Of a stretch of DNA of 64,000 bases, positions 38,077-47,716 are shown piece by piece (positions within the stretch are counted from its first letter, which is position 1; the number at the start of each line of letters is the position of its first letter). This stretch comes from Candidatus Marinacidobacterales bacterium (GTDB taxonomy: Bacteria > Acidobacteriota > Vicinamibacteria > Marinacidobacterales > DATDRI01): assembly GCA_965226495.1 (NCBI GenBank), contig OZ245365.1, forward strand, positions 3,968,001 to 4,032,000, read 5' to 3'. The position numbers were made by a program, and so were the translations under genes. The notes under the pieces are model-generated. The model worked only from the letters and a program-made list of their open reading frames with translations. It searched no databases and had not been told where the DNA came from.

Positions 38077-39876
38077 GTGAAAAAATTACATCTCATCGAG
38101 GACAGCCTCTCTGCCCTCGCTCTTCTCACGATGGCCGTTCTCCCTCTTCTGGAGATAGTGATCCGCAAATTCTACGCGAGTGGCATTCCTGGCTCCGCGA
38201 CTTGGGTACAGCACTTGGCGCTCTGGGTGGGTTTCCTGGGTGCGGCCATCGCGGCCCGCAAGGGAGAGCTGCTATCCCTCAGCACCGGCGGCACTTTCCT
38301 GAAAGGAAAGTGGAAGACCGCGGCCGAGGTCTTCACCGCGGGAGTCGGCGTTGCGGTGTGCGCCATCCTGGCCAGGGGAAGTCTCGAATTGGTTCTGGTG
38401 GAGCGGGAGGGTGGACGCGAGCTCGCGCTCGGCGTTCCGGTCTGGTTGGCCGAAGCCATCATGCCCATCGGCTTTACGGTCATCGGCCTCCGCATCCTCA
38501 AAAGAGTCCCGGGAGGTTGGCGGAACCGGCTCGTTGCCGCGAGCTTCATCCTCGTCCCGATTGTCTTAGGTTTGTTGGAGGATCTCCCCGGAAGCGGAAT
38601 TCTAGTCCCACTTCTTCTCGTTGTGATTCTGGCGACGGCGCTGGGCGCCCCCATCTTCGTGGGGCTAGGGGGCGTGGCAGCGGTACTCCTCTGGAACAAC
38701 TACGACCCCGTCTCAGCAATCGCCGTCGAGACCTACAATCTAGCGCTCAAACCTATCCTGCCCACCATCCCGCTTTTTACATTGGCCGGCTTCATCCTCG
38801 CGGAAGGAGGAACACCGCATCGGTTGGTGGAGCTCTTCCGAACTCTTTTCGGCTGGATGCCGGGTGGGGTCGCGGTGGTCGCGATCGTCGTGTGTGCGTT
38901 TTTCACCAGCTTCACCGGCGGGAGCGGGGTGACCATCCTGGCAATGGGCGGACTGCTGTACCCGATGCTGCTCGAAGACAAGTACCGCGAGAACTTCAGC
39001 GCCGGGCTTCTGACATCCGCTGGCTCCCTCGGACTCTTGTTTCCGCCGTCGCTGGCGGTCATTCTTTACGGGCTCGTTGCTCAGATCGAGATCCGGAAGC
39101 TATTCGTCAGCGGCTGGGTCCCGGCGACTCTGGAAATCGTCCTCGTCTCCGCCTTCGCACTCTTTTACAGCCGGCGCACCGGAATCACCAAAGTCTCATT
39201 TCACTGGCGCCAAGCTTGGGTCGCCATTTGGAAAGCGAAGTGGGAGATCGCGATTCCTATCCTCGTGCTGGGAAGCATCGCGGGAGGATTCGCCACGCTG
39301 GTAGAAGCATCGGCAATCACCGTGCTCTACGCCCTGTTGCTCGAGTTCTTCATCCACCGAGATCTGCAAATACGCCGCGACTTGGTGCGGGTGGTTGGAA
39401 ACGCCGCAACCCTCATCGGAGGAGTGCTCATCATCCTCGGGGTCGCCCTGGGCCTCACGAATTACCTGGTGATCGCCGAGATCCCGTTGCAAGCCGTCGA
39501 ATGGGTCCAGTCCTTCGTGGGCTCTCCCTTATTCTTTCTCCTTCTGTTGAACATCTTTCTCTTGATCGTCGGGTGCTTGATGGACATCTACTCGGCGATC
39601 GTCGTGGTGGTCCCCCTCATCACCCCGCTGGCCATTGTCTATGGAATCGATCCCTTTCACCTGGGAATCATCTTCCTCACCAACCTCGAGCTCGGCTACC
39701 TGACGCCGCCGGTTGGCATGAACCTCTTTCTCGCCTCCTACCGATTCAAACGACCACTGCCGGAGATCTATCGAGCCGCCCTTCCCTTCCTCGGAATTCG
39801 AGCCGTGGGGGTCCTTCTGGTGACCTACGTCCCGGCGCTGACCGCGTTTCTCCCCCGGCTCCTGGGGATGGATTAG
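38077..39876 (+). CDS. dctM: Fused TRAP DctQ-DctM permease
   Basis: N-terminal DctQ helices; TIPLFTLAG, SLGLLFPPS, LGYLTPPVGMNLF. Confidence 0.92.
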   Translation: MKKLHLIEDSLSALALLTMAVLPLLEIVIRKFYASGIPGSATWVQHLALWVGFLGAAIAARKGELLSLSTGGTFLKGKWKTAAEVFTAGVGVAVCAILARGSLELVLVEREGGRELALGVPVWLAEAIMPIGFTVIGLRILKRVPGGWRNRLVAASFILVPIVLGLLEDLPGSGILVPLLLVVILATALGAPIFVGLGGVAAVLLWNNYDPVSAIAVETYNLALKPILPTIPLFTLAGFILAEGGTPHRLVELFRTLFGWMPGGVAVVAIVVCAFFTSFTGGSGVTILAMGGLLYPMLLEDKYRENFSAGLLTSAGSLGLLFPPSLAVILYGLVAQIEIRKLFVSGWVPATLEIVLVSAFALFYSRRTGITKVSFHWRQAWVAIWKAKWEIAIPILVLGSIAGGFATLVEASAITVLYALLLEFFIHRDLQIRRDLVRVVGNAATLIGGVLIILGVALGLTNYLVIAEIPLQAVEWVQSFVGSPLFFLLLLNIFLLIVGCLMDIYSAIVVVVPLITPLAIVYGIDPFHLGIIFLTNLELGYLTPPVGMNLFLASYRFKRPLPEIYRAALPFLGIRAVGVLLVTYVPALTAFLPRLLGMD

Positions 39877-40024
39877 CCGCTAAGACACACTCCAGCAAGC
39901 ATTTACGCTCTCCCAGCCCGCCTCCGCCGTTGGAACGCGATCTATGGCAACGGCTACGGCGTGGTCTCGCCGAAGCTATTAGCGAAGGCGGAAGGGAGAG
40001 GGATGAAGGAAAGAAGCCACTTTG

Positions 40025-40056
40025 CCCTCACCCTACCCTCTCCCAGAGGGAGAGGG
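40025..40056. repeat. REP-like palindrome CCCTCACCCTACCCTCTCCC-N-GGGAGAGGG
   Basis: One of 4 intergenic copies in the window. Confidence 0.8.
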
Positions 40057-40172
40057 ATGAAGGAAGGAAACCCAAATTAATACGGAACAAAAGAGGCCGG
40101 AATTACTTATATACCCCTGAAGGGAAAGAAAACCCTTTACTGACCCAGTGATCTGAAACGGAGGGACGATTC

Positions 40173-40907
40173 ATGACGGCTTCGCCTAGCACCGAATCGG
40201 GAGTAGGAAATGGAGCTTTGATTAACCTCGAAGGGGTGTCCAAGATCTTCTACACCGACGAGGTGGAAACGCACGCATTGTCGAGCGTTGTTTTGGACAT
40301 CAATAAGGGAGACTACGTCTCCATCGCTGGACCTTCGGGTTGCGGCAAATCAACGCTTTTGTCCATCCTCGGCCTTCTGGACTCACCCTCCACGGGTGCC
40401 TACACGCTGAATGGGCAGGAGGTGGCCAACCTGAACTTATCCGACCGGGCACGCATACGGAATCGGGAGGTCGGTTTCATCTTCCAAGCCTTCAATCTGA
40501 TCGGCGACCTGACGGTGTACGAGAACGTCGAGCTGCCGTTGACCTACCGGGGCACGCCCTCCTCGGAGCGCAAGAAGAAAGTGCAAGCGGCCCTCGAAAG
40601 AGTCGGAATGGCGCATCGAATGAAGCACTACCCTTCTCAGCTCTCCGGCGGCCAGCAACAGCGGGTAGCGGTAGCCCGTGCGGTCGTAGGAGACCCTTCG
40701 ATCGTATTGGCGGACGAGCCCACCGGGAACCTCGATTCTGCGAACGGCGAAGCGGTCATGGACCTGATGGCCGAGCTTCATCGCGGAGGCGCGACGATCT
40801 GCATCGTGACCCACGATCCCCGCTACGCGACCTACGCCGACCGGTCCATTAGTCTCTTCGACGGCCAGGTGGTCGAAGAGGAAAAGCTCGCGACAGCGAC
40901 CGCCTAG
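40173..40907 (+). CDS. MacB/LolD-type ABC transporter ATP-binding protein
   Basis: [25 protein letters not shown]; no adjacent permease. Confidence 0.93.
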   Translation: MTASPSTESGVGNGALINLEGVSKIFYTDEVETHALSSVVLDINKGDYVSIAGPSGCGKSTLLSILGLLDSPSTGAYTLNGQEVANLNLSDRARIRNREVGFIFQAFNLIGDLTVYENVELPLTYRGTPSSERKKKVQAALERVGMAHRMKHYPSQLSGGQQQRVAVARAVVGDPSIVLADEPTGNLDSANGEAVMDLMAELHRGGATICIVTHDPRYATYADRSISLFDGQVVEEEKLATATA

Positions 40908-40935
40908 GGCCCTAACGTTTCCAAAACCGAGCGCG

Positions 40936-40965
40936 AAAAGGGGCTCCAAGGAGCCCCTTTTTTTT
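40936..40965 (+). terminator. Rho-independent terminator
   Basis: AAAAGGGGCTCC-AA-GGAGCCCC followed by T8. Confidence 0.85.
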
Positions 40966-41001
40966 GTCCTTTTTCGACTATGATATGGGTCCAGCCGATT
41001 A

Positions 41002-41033
41002 CCCTCACCCTACCCTCTCCCAGGGGGAGAGGG
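41002..41033. repeat. REP-like palindrome copy
   Basis: CCCTCACCCTACCCTCTCCCAGGGGGAGAGGG. Confidence 0.8.
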
Positions 41034-41070
41034 AATAAAGGATGGAGGCCAACATAGATTCGACGGAGGA

Positions 41071-41868
41071 ATGATGAAGAGCCTGGCCCTGGTCAAATCT
41101 GTGCCCGATACCAACTCCCCTTTCCGGATCAACAGCTCCGCAACCTGGGTGGACGACGCGAACCTGAGCTTGGTGCTCAACGAATACGACCGCTACGCGC
41201 TTGAAGCTCTGCTAAAGCTCAAGGACGACGGGAAAGTCACCGAAGTCGTCGCACTGACGGTGGGCCCTGCCGGAGCCGCCTCGGCGCTCCGGACTTGTCT
41301 CGCCACCGGGGCCGACCGCGCGATCCATGTCAAAGACGATGCGCTGAACGGAAGCGACCCGCTGTCGGTGGCGAGAGTTATCCAAGCGGCCATTAAAGAT
41401 GAAGGGTTTTCCCTGATTCTGGCCGGACTTCAGGCCGACGACGATAACCACACGCAAATCGGCTCCTTGGTAGCCCGTCTCTTGGATTGGCCGTGTGCAA
41501 CCACAGCTTTGGGATTGGCGCTCCAAGATGAAAACACGGTTCGGGTGGAACGAGAGCTCGAGAACAATCGCCTCCAAGTCGTCGACCTGATACTTCCCGC
41601 GGTCGTGACGGTACAGACCGGCATCAACACACCCCGGTATGCCAGTCTCAAAGGAATCATGGCGGCTAAGAAAAAAGAACTCCGTACTGTCAGTCTCGGC
41701 GATCTCGGTCTCGACGCCAACGAGGTAGGAGCAAACGCCGCACGGATGAAGACCGTCGGGTTCGTTCCTCCACCCAAAGGCCAAGGCGCGGAAATCTTGG
41801 ACGGCAGCCCCGATGAAGTGGCACAAGAGCTCTTGAAACGGATCCGGGAAAACACGGGAGTGATATAG
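41071..41868 (+). CDS. etfB: Electron transfer flavoprotein beta subunit
   Basis: VKSVPD, NEYDRYALE, GADRAIHV, INTPRYASLKGIMAAKKK. Confidence 0.95.
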   Translation: MMKSLALVKSVPDTNSPFRINSSATWVDDANLSLVLNEYDRYALEALLKLKDDGKVTEVVALTVGPAGAASALRTCLATGADRAIHVKDDALNGSDPLSVARVIQAAIKDEGFSLILAGLQADDDNHTQIGSLVARLLDWPCATTALGLALQDENTVRVERELENNRLQVVDLILPAVVTVQTGINTPRYASLKGIMAAKKKELRTVSLGDLGLDANEVGANAARMKTVGFVPPPKGQGAEILDGSPDEVAQELLKRIRENTGVI

Positions 41869-41870
41869 CC

Positions 41871-42863
41871 ATGGCTTGCAAAGCGTTGATTCTGGCGGAG
41901 CACGAGGACGGAGCGATCAAAGACATTTCTTACGAGCTTCTGGGCATGGCGCATCGGTTGGCCGGCGAGGCTGGCTGGAACGCGGAGACGGACGTCAAGG
42001 CTCTCCTCTTGGGACAGGGCGCGGATGGCTTGGCGAGCGAGCTCGCGGGACGCGGTGCCGCCGAAGTGATCTACGCGGACGGAGCCGCGGTCGCGAACTA
42101 TACCGGCGATGGTTATCGAAGAGTCGCAGAATCCGTCATAAAGGAAGAGTCACCGGAGATCGTTCTCATCGGACACACGCCCAACGGGTGGGACGTCGCG
42201 CCTCTGGTTGCAGCGGGTTTGGGAGTTCCCCTAGCCACCGGTTGTTCCAACATCAAGTTCGAAGGAGGCAAGACTCGGTTCGTGCGCAAGGCCTTCAACG
42301 GCAAGTTCGTGCACGAAGTCGAAATCGAAAACGCCTCACCGTGTATGGCGACGGTCGACAAGGGTGCGTCGGAGCCCGTTTCCGGAAGCGCCCAAGGCGC
42401 GGTGCGCAAAATCGACGCCGGCGTTCAGGAATCGGATCTCAAAGCAAGATTCGTGGAGATCAAGAAAGGTGAACCGGGAGGAGTCGACCTGACCCAGGCT
42501 CAGATCATTGTCTCGGGTGGGCGCGGCCTCGGTGGCGCCGACAAGCTCGACGTCGTCAAAGAGCTCGCCGAAGCCTTGGGTGGTCAGGTGGGCGCTTCTC
42601 GCGCTGTCACCGACGCCGGCTGGCTCCCCCACGAACATCAGATCGGAAGCAGCGGTGTGGTGGTCAACCCCAAGCTCTATGTCGCCGCCGGCATCTCGGG
42701 TGCGATCCAACACGTCGTGGGCATGAAAGGCTCGGGCTACATCGTCGCGATTAATAAAGACCCCGACGCTCCCATCTTCGGCGTGGCCGACGTCGGCGTC
42801 GTGGGAGATCTCTTCGAGTTCCTGCCCGCTCTCACCAAAGCGGTGAAAGAAGCTAAAAGCTAA
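41871..42863 (+). CDS. etfA: Electron transfer flavoprotein alpha subunit
   Basis: IVSGGRG, GASRAVTDAGW, GISGAIQH, AINKDPDAPIF. Confidence 0.95.
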   Translation: MACKALILAEHEDGAIKDISYELLGMAHRLAGEAGWNAETDVKALLLGQGADGLASELAGRGAAEVIYADGAAVANYTGDGYRRVAESVIKEESPEIVLIGHTPNGWDVAPLVAAGLGVPLATGCSNIKFEGGKTRFVRKAFNGKFVHEVEIENASPCMATVDKGASEPVSGSAQGAVRKIDAGVQESDLKARFVEIKKGEPGGVDLTQAQIIVSGGRGLGGADKLDVVKELAEALGGQVGASRAVTDAGWLPHEHQIGSSGVVVNPKLYVAAGISGAIQHVVGMKGSGYIVAINKDPDAPIFGVADVGVVGDLFEFLPALTKAVKEAKS

Positions 42864-42937
42864 GCCTCCAGACTGTTAGCACCCTCACAGTCGGCTGTAC
42901 CGGCCCATCCTACTCTTGGCGCGCAACCTTTGCGCGG

Positions 42938-42953
42938 CGGCAACCGGTTTGCT
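42938..42953 (+). promoter_or_regulatory. Sigma-54 promoter upstream of the Nit1C cluster
   Basis: CGGCAACCGGTTTGCT (GG-N10-GC). Confidence 0.5.
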
Positions 42954-43125
42954 AGGCTCTATCGGGCTGAGAGTAGGCGGCTCCGCCACCCTGTGAGCTC
43001 TGGCTGGGAATTGGCCTTCCCATCGAGAGTAATGCGTCTAAAATTCGCCTGCTTCGATATCGGTCATGTTCATTGGATCTCGGCTTGAAACAACCGTTTA
43101 AACCACAATAGAAAGGATCTCAAAG

Positions 43126-43608
43126 ATGCCAACTGTAGACAAAGAGCTGCACAAAGATGGTGACTTCCTGGTCGATTACGAGGAAAAGGTCTTCGAAGAT
43201 GTGAAGGCGGAACCCGGAGAAAAGGCCCTGGTCACGTTCCACACCATGGCCTTCGAGGGCTCTATTTCTATCGTTAATACTCTGTCTGCGACTCGCCTCC
43301 TTCGGAAGGGTTTCGAGACCTCCATCCTTCTGTACGGACCGGGCGTGACCATGGGTTTTCAGCGCGGCTTCCCGACCTTAGGCGATGAGGCGTTTCCCGG
43401 CCATCTCTTCGTGAACCAGCGCCTCAAGAAGTTCATGGATGAAGGTGGCAAGATCTACGGCTGCCGTTTCTCGACCCAGGCGCTCTACGGGCAGACGGAG
43501 AAGGCTTTCATAAAGGGGATCATCCCGATCAACCCGCTGGACGTGCTCGACATCATCCTCCTGCACAAGCGGGCCAATGCAGTGATCATCAACTCCTGGA
43601 CAGTTTAG
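43126..43608 (+). CDS. nitB: MSMEG_0572/Sll0783 family (DsrE-like) protein, Nit1C NitB
   Basis: [33 protein letters not shown]. Confidence 0.9.
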   Translation: MPTVDKELHKDGDFLVDYEEKVFEDVKAEPGEKALVTFHTMAFEGSISIVNTLSATRLLRKGFETSILLYGPGVTMGFQRGFPTLGDEAFPGHLFVNQRLKKFMDEGGKIYGCRFSTQALYGQTEKAFIKGIIPINPLDVLDIILLHKRANAVIINSWTV

Positions 43609-43612
43609 ATCG

Positions 43613-44629
43613 ATGTCCGAACAAAACCGCGTCAAGGCAGCGGCGATCCAGATCGCACCCGATCTCGAAAGTTGTGCCGGCACCGTGGAACGGGTTGTCT
43701 CCGCAGTCGCGGAGGCAGCCCGTCAAGGTGTCGAGATCGCGGTGTTCCCTGAGACGTTCGTCCCCTACTACCCGTACTTCTCTTTTGTCATGCCGCCGGT
43801 GCTCGCGGGCAAGGAGCACATGCGGCTCTATCAAGAGGCGGTCGAAGTACCGGGACCGGTGACCGAGACGTTCGCGGAAGCCGCCCGCCAGCACAACATG
43901 GTCCTGATCATCGGTGTCAACGAGAGAGATCACGGCACTCTGTACAATTGTCAGCTCATCTTTGATGCCGACGGCAGCCTCGTGCTCAAGCGAAGGAAGA
44001 TCACGCCCTCCTATCACGAGCGTATGATCTGGGGACAAGGAGACGGCAGCGGTTTCGAAGTCGCGCAAACTCGCGTAGGACGCGTGGGCGCCCTCGCCTG
44101 CTGGGAGCACTACAACCCGCTCGCTCGATTCTCACTCATGGCGGCGCACGAGGAAATCCACTGCGCGCAATTCCCCGGCTCCATGGTCGGCCCCATCTTC
44201 GCCGAGCAAATGGAAGTGACTATCCGGCATCACGCACTCGAGTCGGGCTGCTTTGTGTTGAACGCAACCGGATGGTTGACCGAGGACCAAGTCGCCAGCA
44301 TCACTCAGGATCCCAAGCTCCAAAAGACCCTACGGTCTGGATGCTGCACCGCGATCATCTCCCCCGAGGGGGCACATCTCTGCCCTCCGGTGAAGGAGGG
44401 CGAGGGGATGGCCATCGCCGAGCTCGATTTCTCGCTCATCACCAAGCGCAAGCGGATGCTCGATTCGGTTGGCCATTACGCACGCCCCGACCTGTTTCGA
44501 CTGGAAATAGACCGCACCAAGCGGCGGCATATCTCCTCTGAGGAGAAGGCCAACCTGGAAGGCACGCATGACGATCCCGAGCGACTTGCAGTCGCTGATG
44601 ATCACCCGGCGGCAGCAACTCGTCGCTGA
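43613..44629 (+). CDS. nitC: Nit6803/Sll0784-family nitrilase
   Basis: Glu-Lys-Cys triad: [19 protein letters not shown]; [10 protein letters not shown]. Confidence 0.93.
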   Translation: MSEQNRVKAAAIQIAPDLESCAGTVERVVSAVAEAARQGVEIAVFPETFVPYYPYFSFVMPPVLAGKEHMRLYQEAVEVPGPVTETFAEAARQHNMVLIIGVNERDHGTLYNCQLIFDADGSLVLKRRKITPSYHERMIWGQGDGSGFEVAQTRVGRVGALACWEHYNPLARFSLMAAHEEIHCAQFPGSMVGPIFAEQMEVTIRHHALESGCFVLNATGWLTEDQVASITQDPKLQKTLRSGCCTAIISPEGAHLCPPVKEGEGMAIAELDFSLITKRKRMLDSVGHYARPDLFRLEIDRTKRRHISSEEKANLEGTHDDPERLAVADDHPAAATRR

Positions 44630-45600
44630 GCTACAGTCGCAAGGCCTTCGGCTGCACGACCCGAAGGCGGGGGCGTCCAGCCGGCGGGGCGGCGCGGGCC
44701 CGTCCGATCACAAGGCCGTCACCGTAATGGGTACCACGGTGATGGTACCCGTCCATACCCACGGTGCCGGCGACTCCCCGTACTTCGCGAAACCTGTCCA
44801 ACCTGTTCACCATCTCGAAACAAGAAGGCGTGGCGCCCGTTCTCGACGTCCTGGCCACCACCGTTTTGCAGAACTGCGTCCGTTATCCCGATGAGACCAC
44901 CCGGTGTCAGTTTTGCGCCATTGGGGAGTCGCTCAGCGGCGGCCGGACCATCCCCAGAAAGTCGCCACCGCAGCTAGCCGAGGTCGCCGAAGCGGCCCAA
45001 CGATTGGACGGCATCCAACATGTGGTCTTGACGACGGGCACGCCGCCTACCCCCGATCGGGGAGCCGCTATCCTAGTGGAGTCCGCGGCCGCGATCACCG
45101 AGAGGACCCAACTGCCGATACAGGCTCAATGCGAACCGCCGGCGAGCTTCGATTGGTTCCCTCGGTTGCGCACGGCGGGAGTCGTCTCGCTGGGGATGCA
45201 CCTAGAAGCTTTCGACCCCGAGGTACGCGCGCGGATCATGCCTGGAAAAGCCGAAGTATCGATCGACTACTACATGGAGGCGTACCGGGAGGCGGTCGGT
45301 GTCTTCGGTCGTGGCCAGGTCAGCACGTATCTCCTCGCTGGACTAGGCGATTCGAAGGACACACTGCTCGAAGGTTGCCGCGAGTTGATCGCGCTCGGAG
45401 TCTATCCGTTCGTCGTCCCCTTCGTCCCCATCACCGGCACCCCACTGGAGAACCATAACCCTCCCACCGCTACCTTCATGCAATCGATTCTTCAGCCTCT
45501 TGGACAAATGTTGAAGAAAGCGGGGCTCACATCGGAGGAGGTCAAGGCAGGCTGCGGCAAGTGCGGCGCGTGTTCTCCCCTTTCAACCTTTGAGCACTAG
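44568..45600 (+). pseudogene. nitD: MSMEG_0568-family radical SAM protein, disrupted by a micro-inversion/deletion
   Basis: [14 protein letters not shown]-terminus and [30 protein letters not shown] lie in different frames; 44788-44850 reads as family-like sequence on the minus strand. Confidence 0.85.
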
Positions 45601-45613
45601 AAAGGCTGGAACC

Positions 45614-46213
45614 ATGAGCGACTTGGAATTTCCGATCTCAGTTGGCGAATTTCAACCGAAGGACTTCCTGTTCAAGATCGCCCAAACCCGGAGGGAGCTC
45701 GAGGGGTTTTGGGAGCTCCGCCGGTCGGTTTTCTGCGAAGAACAGAAGCTCTTCAAGGACTCCGATCGGGACGAGCACGATCGCAACATCATTCCCATCG
45801 TCTGCGTGACTTTGTTGATGGGCATGCCGGATCAAGTGGTGGGTGTCGTTCGCATCGATGAGCGCGAGCCCGGAGTTTGGTGGGGCAGCCGACTCGGCGT
45901 CCACCGCGACTTCCGCCATGTCCGACGTCTGAGCTCGAGCGTTCCCACTCGCAACCGTCAGCCGAGCTTCTATGCACGGAAATCCATCGGTGCAGGGCTC
46001 ATCTACAAAGCGGTTTCCACAGCCCATGCATTGGGATGCAAGAAGTTCCTTGCCACCGTGCAGCATCAAAATGCTCCATTCTTTCGGCGTTTGCACTGGA
46101 CACCTTTGGGAGAGATCGAGCTCCACGGTATGCCCCACGTGAAGATGGAGGCCGAGCTCGAGCACTACCCACCGGCGGAGCACGACACGGCCCGACCATC
46201 CTTTGCAGCGTAG
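45614..46213 (+). CDS. nitE: MSMEG_0567/Sll0786-family GNAT acetyltransferase
   Basis: LRRSVFCEEQ, VWWGSRLGV, AVSTAHALGC..QNAPFFRRLHW. Confidence 0.88.
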   Translation: MSDLEFPISVGEFQPKDFLFKIAQTRRELEGFWELRRSVFCEEQKLFKDSDRDEHDRNIIPIVCVTLLMGMPDQVVGVVRIDEREPGVWWGSRLGVHRDFRHVRRLSSSVPTRNRQPSFYARKSIGAGLIYKAVSTAHALGCKKFLATVQHQNAPFFRRLHWTPLGEIELHGMPHVKMEAELEHYPPAEHDTARPSFAA

Positions 46214-46218
46214 GACCC

Positions 46219-47217
46219 GTGTCACGATTGGATGAAGTCTTTGCTTTTCTACGGGGCTCCCTCGCCGTCCGCGACAAGATCGAGATCCGACGTGCCTACG
46301 CTCCGGCGTTGGACACCGGAGGATTTACCGCGCTTGGCGACGACTGCGCCGCCATTCCCGACGAGAACGGTGGCTATCTCCTATTGGCTGCGGAAGGTCT
46401 CCTTCAGAGCTTCGTCGATGATGACCCCTGGTTTGCGGGGTACAGCGCCGTCATGGTGAATATCAGTGACGTGTGTGCGATGGGCGGGCGGCCGACTGCG
46501 ATCGTCAACGTGCTTTGGTCTCCAGACTACGAGCCGACGCAGCCTGTATGGGAAGGGATGCAGGCGGCGGCGAAAGCATACCGGGTCCCTATCGTTGGCG
46601 GCCATACGACGCTCACCCATCAGGCGGATGATTCCGTATACCTGGCCGCTGCCATTCTCGGTCGGGCGAGCACCCTGATGACGAGCTTCGACGCGCAACC
46701 CGGTGATGAGCTCCTCATGGTCGTGGATCTGAACGGGGCCTACCGAAGAGACAAACCCTTCTGGAACGCAAGCCTCACCACACCGCCTTCCAAGCTCCGA
46801 GAAGACATCGAGCTCTTGCCCCAAATCGCCGAGCGTGGTTGGTCTCGGGCGGCGAAAGATATCAGCAACGGGGGGATCATCGGCACTCTCATCATGCTGC
46901 TGGAGTGCTCGGGGGTAGGGGCCGAGATCGATTTGGAAGCTTTGCCAATGCCAGAAGGCGCCGATCTCGAAAAGTGGCTGCTTAGCTTTCCGAGCTTCGG
47001 CTTCCTGCTGAGCGTCGCACCGCACAACCGGGCGGACGTGATTGAACATTTTTCGCGGCGCGACATCGCTTGCCGGTTCGTGGGCGAAGTCACTGAAGGA
47101 ACGACTCTCGAGCTTCGGCTCGGCAACGAATCTCGAGCCTTTTGGCGCGCCGAAGCGAGAACGGAGGGGGAATGCCTGAAGTCTATTTCCACATCCAGTG
47201 GCCGGACGGAGAAGTAA
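46219..47217 (+). CDS. nitF: Sll0787-family AIR-synthase/SelD-related protein
   Basis: GDDCAAIPD, VNISDVCAMGGRP, VGGHT, AAKDIS, FPSFGF. Confidence 0.88.
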   Translation: MSRLDEVFAFLRGSLAVRDKIEIRRAYAPALDTGGFTALGDDCAAIPDENGGYLLLAAEGLLQSFVDDDPWFAGYSAVMVNISDVCAMGGRPTAIVNVLWSPDYEPTQPVWEGMQAAAKAYRVPIVGGHTTLTHQADDSVYLAAAILGRASTLMTSFDAQPGDELLMVVDLNGAYRRDKPFWNASLTTPPSKLREDIELLPQIAERGWSRAAKDISNGGIIGTLIMLLECSGVGAEIDLEALPMPEGADLEKWLLSFPSFGFLLSVAPHNRADVIEHFSRRDIACRFVGEVTEGTTLELRLGNESRAFWRAEARTEGECLKSISTSSGRTEK

Positions 47218-47450
47218 CGAGATGCTACTCGCCCTCGACGATTATTCGCGAGTACTTTCAGACCGGGGCCACTTTGACCATTGAGGAGCTGGCCGCGCGA
47301 AGCTCAGAGGCTCTTGCCCAGGCTAGTGCCAGAGTGCGGGACAAGTTCGGTTTCGATTGTACGAGTGCCTCATCCCAGCTTCGAGACATCCTCTCCCGCG
47401 CTCGCAGCTTCCTTCCGGAAGACCAAGTCAAGATCGTGAGCGTGGATTGA
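47172..47450 (+). CDS. nitG: MSMEG_0570-family protein
   Basis: MPEVYFHIQWPDG..CYSPS..ASARVRDKFGFDC. Confidence 0.88.
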   Translation: MPEVYFHIQWPDGEVTRCYSPSTIIREYFQTGATLTIEELAARSSEALAQASARVRDKFGFDCTSASSQLRDILSRARSFLPEDQVKIVSVD

Positions 47451-47716
47451 GAATTAGGTATCCGACCAACCAATACGAATATCGCAAAGCAGGACCATAG
47501 AAATGCTATCTCTAAAACAATTTGTGACCCGCATTGGGGCGGGCGCATCGTTGATCATCCTGTTGGCGCTACCCGCGAACGCACGATGGACCACCGACGA
47601 AGCGGCTAAGCTGATCGAGGCAGCAGAGAGCAAGGGGACGGAATAAGGTGCCATTGGCGGTTTGGGCTGTGCCCTGCACGGGCACAGCCTGAACTGCCAG
47701 GCGAAAGGATTCGAGC

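Noticed and set aside
38202-40151. 649-aa overlapping ORF, and similar long ORFs 16367-17638, 31061-32035 and the 59895 extension of the SDR
   Set aside because: Arg/Gly/Pro-rich shadow frames of well-supported genes in GC-rich DNA, with no recognisable motifs.
46219-47217. SelD supporting the selenoprotein
   Set aside because: It is the Sll0787-type AIR-synthase-like member of Nit1C and lacks the N-terminal C/U-x-x-K motif of SelD.
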